From Podarcis filfolensis (taxonomy: Eukaryota): 64,000 nucleotides of DNA. Location: NCBI GenBank assembly GCA_964270895.1, contig OZ185437.1; one strand, given 5' to 3'. Position numbers and translations under genes: made by a program. The notes under the pieces were generated by a model, which was not told where the DNA came from, made no database searches, and worked only from the letters and a program-made list of their open reading frames with translations. Shown here piece after piece: positions 12,629 through 64,000 of the stretch (its first letter is position 1; every line of letters begins with the position of its first letter).

Positions 12629-13424
12629 TTTATTACTGAAGTCCTGAATCATTGTGTTTTCCTTTGGGAAGAACATTATTCTTGGGAAGCTTAACTAGCT
12701 TTTCCTTAATCAAAATGTTAAAGTGACTCTGATGTTTGTTCACTTTTTAAACGATTCCATGAAATTGTAGCACGGGTTGTAATTCTCCGCACTTGGACGC
12801 AAGCTGTGGCTTGGATCCCAATTTACGTTTCATTTCTTGGAAGAAAACTTCTTGCCATGAAGAAGCCCTCGTGTTCATAGAAGACACTTTCCATTATCAG
12901 CAGCTCCTTCCATGAATAAAACAAACTTTGGAATCAACCTAGTGAATGCTTGTGGTAGCCATAGATACAAGTACATTTTTAATATACTGTTTAGAATAAT
13001 TCTTAATGGCTGGTGGCAGAAACCAGTTTTTTTTCAGTGTTTTACACTGGACAAATTGCATTTGGTGAAATGCCACATTGTCAGTGTAGTTCAAGAAATC
13101 TCTGCTGAGAGTAGTTTTATCAGGGGAGAAATTCCTTGGATGCCAGAAGCTCCTGGCCTTCAAATATAAGGATGTGCATTTACTGTCTGACATGAGAAAT
13201 TTCTCAAATATAACCAGTCTGAGTTAAGAAATTATGAATAAGAGACGGAAATACTGTAAAACTGCATTGTTGCTGAAAAACTTGCTAATTTTTGGGTGTT
13301 GGTGGTGAGACTAGGCAAGGTGTCGAGTGATTTCTGCTTGAATAGTTTCACAGATTAAGGAATGCAGTTTAAACAAAAAGGATAGAACTTACAACTCTGC
13401 CTATAGTTTCTTAATCTCCAATTT

Positions 13425-13430
13425 AATAAA
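13425..13430 (+). terminator. Probable polyadenylation signal of IRAK1BP1 (AATAAA); another at 12915-12920
   Basis: AATAAA followed ~30 nt later by GU/U-rich ttcactctttgtatttc...ttttgtgg. Confidence 0.5.
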
Positions 13431-13833
13431 ATTCTAACTTTCCAACCTGTATGAACTATTCACTCTTTGTATTTCATCTGCAGTTTGCTATTTTTGTGGA
13501 ATTTATTCTGGCTTTGCTAATGTAAGGAAGCAAGGTTATGGGGGCGGGGCAGCTTTTCCTAACAAGGAAATAATGCAGATGTTTTTCATTCTCCTAGCCC
13601 AACACAATGTCCATTTTATATTATAGTATATTATCATACCTGCCTATGCACCTGTTAAGAACAAGTGCCTTCAGAAAGAAAGTTGATCACACATCTCTGG
13701 ATAATAGAATTTGTAAGGCTGTCTCACACATGTAGTGATGGTAGTAAAATTTACCAGTTCCATTAGAGCATTTGTGTTAAGAAACTAAGTTACTCTTGTT
13801 GCCAATCAATATCCTTTATATTTAAGTCATTAA

Positions 13834-13917
13834 GGTTGCAGTCCTGTAGAAACTTACCTGGGACTAAGACTCATTGAACTTGATGGGGCTTATTTTTGGG
13901 TCAACGTAGGATTGCAG
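13834..13917. repeat. ~90-bp palindromic interspersed repeat (GCAATCCTA...TAGGATTGC family); other copies near 7020-7080, 12110-12190, 47940-48020, 53202-53303 and 56725-56885
   Basis: Shared terminal inverted motif and internal acttacctggg / cccattgaac / aatggg motifs. Confidence 0.65.
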
Positions 13918-14011
13918 TATGGTGAAAGTTTTTAGACACAACTTGTGTACTTCACACATTTATATTAGTTTAATAACAAAAGCAAAGCAGCTTAGAAAAA
14001 CGAGTTTTCTA

Positions 14012-14017
14012 TTTATT
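14012..14017 (-). terminator. Probable distal polyadenylation signal of PHIP (AATAAA)
   Basis: tttatt on +; U-rich downstream element on -; ATTAAA also at 13969-13974. Confidence 0.55.
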
Positions 14018-17000
14018 TAAAAATAGGTTTGTAGTTACTACATTGCAGTGACAGTAATTCATACACATACATTCTAGTTTGTATAAAAGGATTCCAAGTA
14101 TTATTCATCAAAACCAACGTAAGTGTTTCACATAACAATAAAAGTTTCGATCAATATGTACAAAAAGAAAGGGCACTGTTCATCCAGGTGTGAGACTGCA
14201 CTTTATAACTTGATAAAGCAGAAGAGAAAGAAAATAACCTTGATAAAACCTAAACTTGTAAAACTGTATGTTGGTTACATGAACATTTTTGGGATTTACA
14301 CCATACTGTACAAAGTAAGCAAAGCTTTAAAATGTGTCAGTTTCAAAATTAGATGTTCCAGACAATTTCCTTAAGTTACACTACATTATATGTTTCAACA
14401 TTAAGTGGCAAGATTTAAGGTATTCACTCAATAACTTTCTTTTCAATTTTTGCAGTGTAATGGTCCAAAAATGTAACTTCAAAATGTGTGTCAATAGCCT
14501 ATCCTTTTAAAAACATGCATCTGAGATAAATATACCATGTTAAATGTCTTATGTGAAAGTGTAGAAATTTGGTGCTGTATCTTTAAAGGTGTAGTAATTT
14601 CCAGCACTAATTATATCATGAACAAAAATTTATACCATATCCTGAAGCAATTATCTGCATTTATTTAAAATTCAAATATTCAACATTTGGCTCCCTTTTT
14701 GGTATCAAAAGAAAAATGATTTTTCATATAAATAGCTCCTTAAATTATTTACCCTTTAAAAAAAGGGAGATTTGGGGTTTGGTCTTTAACAGCAAATATT
14801 ATGCTATTTCCATCTTCAAAATGCCATCTCACATCTACGGTACTTTTAACAAAAAATATCCTGAAATAAATGTAACCTTCCTGAAACAGAGGGTACCTTT
14901 TATTCCAAAATGTTGTGAACTAAATGGGAAAATGAGAGCAACAAAATAATTCTTTGCTTCACCATTATTCCAAGAGTAATTATGTAAAGTTAGCACATTT
15001 AAAAAAAAACACAATACCAGATTTTGTTATATTAGAAATAATTTTCAGACTTGGCCACTATATATGAAATGTACACCTTTTTTGAATTATAAACATATGT
15101 ACATTATTTACAGCAGAAACTGAACAGCCCTTTTATCAGATGAATGCTTAGGTCCAAGAACATGAAATGCAAGATTGATACATCAAAATTTACAACAAGG
15201 CTCAATCCAGTCGGTCCCTTACACACACTAGGACACAGCTGTCCCACAAGTGCACCTCTCCAGTTGTGGGAAGTCTGATGGCCGGTGTGGGTGAGATGGA
15301 TGGCAGGAAACTCCTGCATGCCCTGAGGATGCAAGGCACGACTGGATTGTGGCCTTAAGCTTTCATTAAATAGACCACCAGGAGCTCTTGCTTCAAAGCA
15401 AAGGATCCACATTCTTCAGCACAGTAGGATCAGCTCTTTGCAGAAATCAACACACTAAGAGCTGTGTGTATGGAGTTCTGGTTGGGGTCTTAATATCACT
15501 TTAGATGTACTAAAGCTCATGAAACTGAAAGCTCAAATTGGTATTTCACAAAGAGTCGTAACACAGCACATGACTTATGTACTGAAACTATGTCCCCATT
15601 CATTTTTAAACGTTGAGAAGTACTACATGCTTTTGAATCGGTATTTTACAAAGATCAATCCAAACTAAGATAAAGTATTAAACAACACATGGAAAAATTG
15701 ACAGTATGGTACAAATAATTTTGTGCAAGTTTACATCACAGCAGTACTATAGGAAGACGGGTTTTGTAAAGCTGTATCGCTACTCATACCACAATGATAA
15801 AGATCATTTCTTCAGTACCCAGTTATTATAGCAATGTAATTCAAGCTTAATCCCTGGGAAACAATTAAATTTCAAACCCGTTTAGCCAAACAAGGGATTG
15901 ATTACTGGAGTGAAAATGAACTTATTTCCCAATCAAAGAAAATGGAATGTGCTGCTATCAGACATCGCTGTATAGTAACCACTGGTTAATATTGAAGTAA
16001 TTTAATGTTCAGCATTATGGAACTAATGGACCGCTCTGTATCAGAAGCTGTATCAGTAGACTGCATTTTACATTTGTTTTCATTACTGCCAAGTTTGTAA
16101 GATAATTGCTTGTGTGAATATCTGTAATTACCAACAGAAAGAGTGTCTACATAGTATTTTCCATGTAAATGTGCCATAAAATAAATATTACTTTGCTCTC
16201 AATAGTTTTATCCATAACACATTTCATTACGGTTTCCCCCTCCAAAAGTTAGTGAACCAGTATTTATTGCTTATATTAAAATGTGCTAAATCAAAAGCTC
16301 TTCTGTGTTGGTACAATAATTTTTTTGCAAATCAGTCAAATTTAACCAATGACAGTAATTTAAGTCAAACCAATGCAATTTAAAGCACTTATATAGTATA
16401 TCTAGCACAATTACAGTTTTAAGTGTTTCTACACAAATGTATTACCAAAATAATGTTAGAAAAAAATAAGCTTGTGAATTCTTAGTACAAAATTATTCAT
16501 GAATGGGGAACAATACATTTGTGTACTGCAAATAAGACTTGATTCTTTTGTTCTGAAATGTGTAATTTTCAGACACTATGATGGTGATGTGTACTATTCC
16601 ATTCTCCAACGTTACATACACATACTTGATGTATACAAGTATATACATAAATATATGCCAAGTGGGACATAGTTATAAAATGAGTAACTTACAGTAATGG
16701 GGTTTCATGTTTGCTTTGCCAATTTCTTTTATATAACAATGCAGATAACAAAAGGAAATCACACATTTGAAATTGATTGCCTTCATCAACAGTGAAATTC
16801 TTAAATGGGCAAGATAAATCTACTGTAATGCTTCCATTGTGAAATGAACTATCACTGTACATAGGCTGCTGAAATATTTTCATGTTTAATGTCTGCAATA
16901 TTAGTAAGAATGCATGTTTAAAAACATAAGTCAGTGTCCCAAATCCCATAATTATAATACGCTAATGAAAATAGGTATCCAAGAAGGACTAGTGCCAGTA

Positions 17001-17494
17001 GAATTTATTATTCTACTGTAAATCATGATTTGGCAAATACTCTTAGTTGAAGATATTTTCTTAAAAGCCAAACCAATATGGGTTATTTAGAGGAGATGGT
17101 GATGGCAACTAACCAACCAAAACAGAATCTTCCCTGCCTCCAAACATTCAAAACTGGCCTGATCATAACGTTGATTAGTCTACTTCAAATAAAAGTGAAT
17201 TGTGTTGATGTTTATGAGTATTTGCAATAAAATCAGAAATGCATTTTAAGAACCAATTGCCATGGACACAAATGGATAAAAGATGCATATTAATCTTGAA
17301 CCTCAGATGCCATCCACTGCGAGCAACATATGTGCACTAATGAAGTGAGTATCAAGTTGCATACAAAGCTGTGTTGCATACATAGTTCCTGAAGTTGCTT
17401 CCACCTGCAGTCCTCAAACCCGGACTGGAAACTACATATTAACACAGACTGTCAATGTTGCCAAAATGGTAGACACACACAAAACATAAGATAA

Positions 17495-18573
17495 CCTAGC
17501 TGTTTGGAGGGTAAGGATCGGAATATAACCTCCCAGGCTTCCCCTGATGGGGGAAAAATGTTAAAGGGGCTGCTTTATCACCTCTCCAAACAGATTATTG
17601 GCTCTACCATGTTGGCAAAACACAGCTAAACTTCAGGTTACGTGAATATAATACTGGTTTGTGACTATGTAAGTTCTTTTTCAAAAACAATTCAACATGT
17701 AATATACAATATCACAATGTGTAATTCCATAAATCAACAGAACATATTATGATAAATTAAAGTCCAATGGATGGTCAGGAGAGACAGTCCATTCAGTTAT
17801 TAATTTGGCAAACAGGCAATAACCACGATATGGTATGCTTATCTTGTGGTGTTCCACATCTCGCTGCTTTGAGGATTCTAGCGTTCTAGTGTTCCTTACA
17901 TGTAGGTATCAGATGGAAAGCTAGAAAGTATGGCATGACAAGGATTCCGGGATAATACCTTGTTTTGCCCAATGTGGCTTTGTCAGCCGTGCATACTCAT
18001 ATTCTTGTGTGCCGAAAACATGGAACATAATAGGTAGAGTTATAAGTATGCAAGGCTGACGAAGCCAGATTGGGCAAAACAAGGAATTATCCCAGAATCC
18101 TTGTCATGCCATGCTTTCAACCTTTCCATCTGATATCTGCATGTAAGGAACACTAGAACACTAGAATCCTGAAAGCGGTGAGATGTGGAACACCAAAGGA
18201 TAAGCATACCATATCGTGGTTATTGCCTGTTTGCCAAATTTACAACTGAATGGACTGTCTCTCCTGACCATCCACTGGATTTTAATTTATCAGAATATGT
18301 TCTCTTGATTTATGGAATTACACCTTGTGATATTGTGTATTACATGTTGAGTTGTTTTTGAAAAAGAAGTTACATAGTCACAAACAGCCTGATGTTTTGT
18401 GTGTGTTGTTACCAGTATTATATTCACGTAACCGAAGGTTTAGCTGTGTTTTGTCAACATGGTAGAGCCAATAATCTGTTTGGAGAGGTGGAAAAGCAGT
18501 CCCTTTAACATTCCCCCCCACCAGTGGAAGCATGGGAGGTTATATTCAGATCCTTACCATCCAAGCAGCTAGG
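17495..18573. repeat. Long inverted repeat (arms 17495-18001 and 18041-18573, loop 39 nt) in the PHIP 3' UTR
   Basis: Hand alignment of the left arm to the reverse complement of the right arm: ~42 substitutions, one 1-nt gap and one 27-nt indel. Confidence 0.97.
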
Positions 18574-20210
18574 CTGCCGGCACCAATTATCTTTTGAACA
18601 GGTATGTATACATCTGCATCTCTAGATTGAGGCTTACTTCTCCCAAAGGGTGTTAAATGAAAAGTGTGGTTACATTTTTGTACCATGCAACTGTTTAAAG
18701 ATGTATTTTGTTTTCTTTTAAATTGGACTATACTTTCAAACAATAGAAATTGTATTAAAGTTTGTTTTAATACAAACTTTGTTTTAAAGGTATAAAATAA
18801 GTAAATGTACCATAAACAAATAAATAACTGTTTCTTTTTCCATAGCAGTACATACAGCAATACATTCCCCTAAGTCATATAGTCATTTACAATAGACAAC
18901 TTAAGTTTACTAAAGATGCACAAAATAATAGACTACAAGGCACAATCATTAAGTGGGATTTTCCTTTAGGGTGTATATATTGACTTATGTCAGCTTGATA
19001 AGTACACTGTAAAAAGTGCAGAAAAACAATGTGCAATGAGAACACTGTATAAAACATGATTGCATAAAAAGTGATTTGGCCTTTTTATCTTTAATAATTG
19101 AAAATAACCAATCTTCCCCTTAAAATAAAAGTATGACATTTTAAAATTTTATCTAGTATTATCTAAAAAGTCCTGAAAAAAATTATTCCTGGGTAATATT
19201 GTATATATTTATGTGCTTGTGTACATAATATATACATACACAGACACTTTTTAAAATTTTAGTCAGTTTTAACACAATTTGTATAAACAATCAATCTGAT
19301 CGCATCGTAAACATAAGAATCTCACACTTTTCCTGCAGTTTCCTTGAATCCTTTAACCCAATTATACATTTTGCCTAAGGATCCCACCAGTGCATTAATT
19401 GTTTTTACTACAAAGTACCAGTAGAGATAATTTTTCAGAACAGTGTATATTTAGAACATAGATTCATAAGCATAATTGAAAAATGTATGCTGCACTGACA
19501 CTAAAAACTTTTCTACTGCACCGGTTTTCAGTCTTTGGCACAATAAACAGAGATTTGATTGATACGAGAATGAAGGTCTGAAAAATTAGACATATTAGTC
19601 AAACTTTTTCCAATGTGGATATATATATCTACATAGTGTGATTTTTCTCTCTGGCTGAACCTAGATAAACCAACAAGCTGCACTAGGTTTGTTTGTACAA
19701 AGCTGTGTGCCCAATTACTACTGAAATTAAACATCTTATTAGCAATGTTTGGAATTTTGCATTTGTTCTCAATGGCATTTACTGCCACACTCTGCTAATA
19801 TCCTGCAAAACACAGATACTACACTCTATACAAATGTACTGTACCTTGCTCATTCAAAAATAGGAGTTCTGTTCTCAGTCTGTTACATTAAAAATTCTAT
19901 CAATTTTAATCAAATAGAGGTTACTGACTGTCCAAAATTACAGTAACATTTCTGCAAATCAAGAATTTCCATTTATACAATCTTCAATACCAACTGAACA
20001 AAGTGAATTGAAATGTATAACCTACTTGGAGGGCAATAAATAGCAAAAGTTTAAAATACATACTTCTTTCAAAGAAATGTTCAGTTTGTTTTTGCTATAC
20101 TTTTTCCAAATCAGAACGTATTCTCATTTGTAAATAGCAGCAGAAAGCAGATATCCTTAGTTCTACCACTTCCTCAGCTGTACCTGTTTATTAGCATTTT
20201 TAAATGCTGG

Positions 20211-62649
<42,439 letters not shown>

Positions 62650-64000
62650 TTAAGAAGAAACCAGGAGTTAAATATCCAATACTCTTCTGTTAATTTAGAA
62701 AACTATCGGGGGGGTGATGTTTTGAAAAGGGGACAGTATTTGACATCTGAAATGCTTCTATGATTTCTAGTATACACAGCAATGAAAGCAGTATTTAAAG
62801 GAGGACTCGAGTGCACAAACAAATAACATCTAGACTGATTTTTTCTTAACCTAATGCTTAAAATATTTATGATTTTGCAAACAAAATTATTTGAATCACT
62901 ACAGAAATAGTATTGAATACACAGTATCATAATGAGTCAATTTGAAAACAAGGTGACATATTTTAGTAATAGTATTTAGCATTAACATTAAAGTGTTTTG
63001 ATAGTTAAAACACTGCACATACATAGGCCTGATTCATTTAATATGAATGAGTGTGCTAGAGCACACTGAAGTTCCCTTGACCACCTCCCTTACTCTGGCT
63101 GCCTCACAGTCTGGTTTGTAATGCTGTCTGAACCCAGGCTTGTGGTCTGTTTCTCTACAATCTAGGAGCAGTTACCAAAGTCAGTTCTACCAAACCAGGG
63201 ATTGAGGTTTGTTTCTCGTCAAATTTTAAGCCATAGGTTTGTTGCTAACTTATAGATCAGGACTTATTAGGGAGAAACAAACCAAGATCCTTGGGTTTGG
63301 ACATAATGGAAAGCCAAGGCTTCCTGGATTGTTTACCGCACCAGAGGAGAAGCAAAGCAGGAGTGATCGCACAGTGTGAACTAGCACGCTGTTTATTTAT
63401 AGTTACAGATAGGTAGCCATGTTGGTCTGCCATAGTCAAAACAAAACAAAAAAAAATTTTAAGGTGCTACTGGAAGGAAAAAAAAATTTTTTTGTTTATT
63501 TATAGTATACCACAATAAGCCAGAAACCCTGGCTTACCATTACATGCAAATGCAGCCAAATTTGGATCTGCAAAGACAGAACTGTATACTCTTTATATCT
63601 CAGCAGGGAAACTTTTCCGCACTGTATTTTCCCTCTCAGTATGAACCCCATCATGCAATTCATGCACTTCTTGTTCAAATACTCAAACAGTATCAATTGT
63701 GATGATACTCTTTTTAGCGAACGGGTTTTCCCAGATGACTAGTTTATTATATATTAAAAGAATATTTTTTCTAATTTGTGTGCACATCTGCATGTCTTTT
63801 CTCTCAATAGCACTTAAGTTACAAGGTTATTATATTCAGAATGCAGGAAAATGCAGTACTCCTCCCCAGATAAAAATGTTCATTATTATTTTAATTGCCA
63901 CATGAAAATGTCATTATCCAAGTTCATCAATCTACAGGAGACAATTTATGACGTAATCAGTGACAAGCAACCCAGCTTTCTCCCTTCTCACTGAAGTAGT

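Larger units (their letters stand above)
13990..20210 (-). other. PHIP: Putative long PHIP 3' UTR (~6.2 kb)
   Basis: AT-rich; none of the recognisable young TEs that fill the introns. AATAAA (minus strand) at 14012-14017 is followed by U/GU-rich sequence. Other AATAAA at 16263-16268 and 20187-20192. Pumilio-type TGTAHATA at 15096, 15105, 16640 and 19229. The extent is inferred. Confidence 0.7.

Noticed and set aside
17495-18573. Long palindrome as an assembly fold-back artefact or a MITE
   Set aside because: The arms differ by ~8% plus a 27-nt indel, whereas artefacts give identical arms, and there is no TSD or recognisable TIR family. A genome-wide BLAST is still needed to exclude a TE origin.

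Overview
Vertebrate genomic DNA, very probably from a lacertid lizard (inferred from Sauria SINEs, a Squam3-like SINE, a BovB tail and L2 fragments). Nothing prokaryotic is present. Two genes lie tail-to-tail. IRAK1BP1/SIMPL is complete on + (4 exons, 8298-12628, 250 aa, CpG-island promoter, GC-AG second intron). PHIP/DCAF14 is on - (36 exons, equivalent to human exons 5-40, 62646-20211; exons 1-4 lie beyond the right edge). All PHIP junctions were walked by hand, are GT-AG and keep frame. PHIP appears to have a ~6.2 kb 3' UTR (~13990-20210) with no recognisable young transposon. The most striking unexplained structure lies inside it: a ~1.08 kb near-palindrome (17495-18573) with arms of 507 and 533 nt, ~91-92% identity and a 39-nt loop, and no transposon hallmarks. 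It would fold the mRNA into a ~500 bp dsRNA. Other notable items are a candidate in-frame 30-nt microexon in PHIP intron 4 with three RBFOX motifs, a splice-dead partial copy of exon 15, a 16-Thr coding microsatellite, and an optimal-Kozak minimal uORF in IRAK1BP1. Gene identity, exon numbering and human comparisons rest on recalled orthologue sequences; no database search was run.
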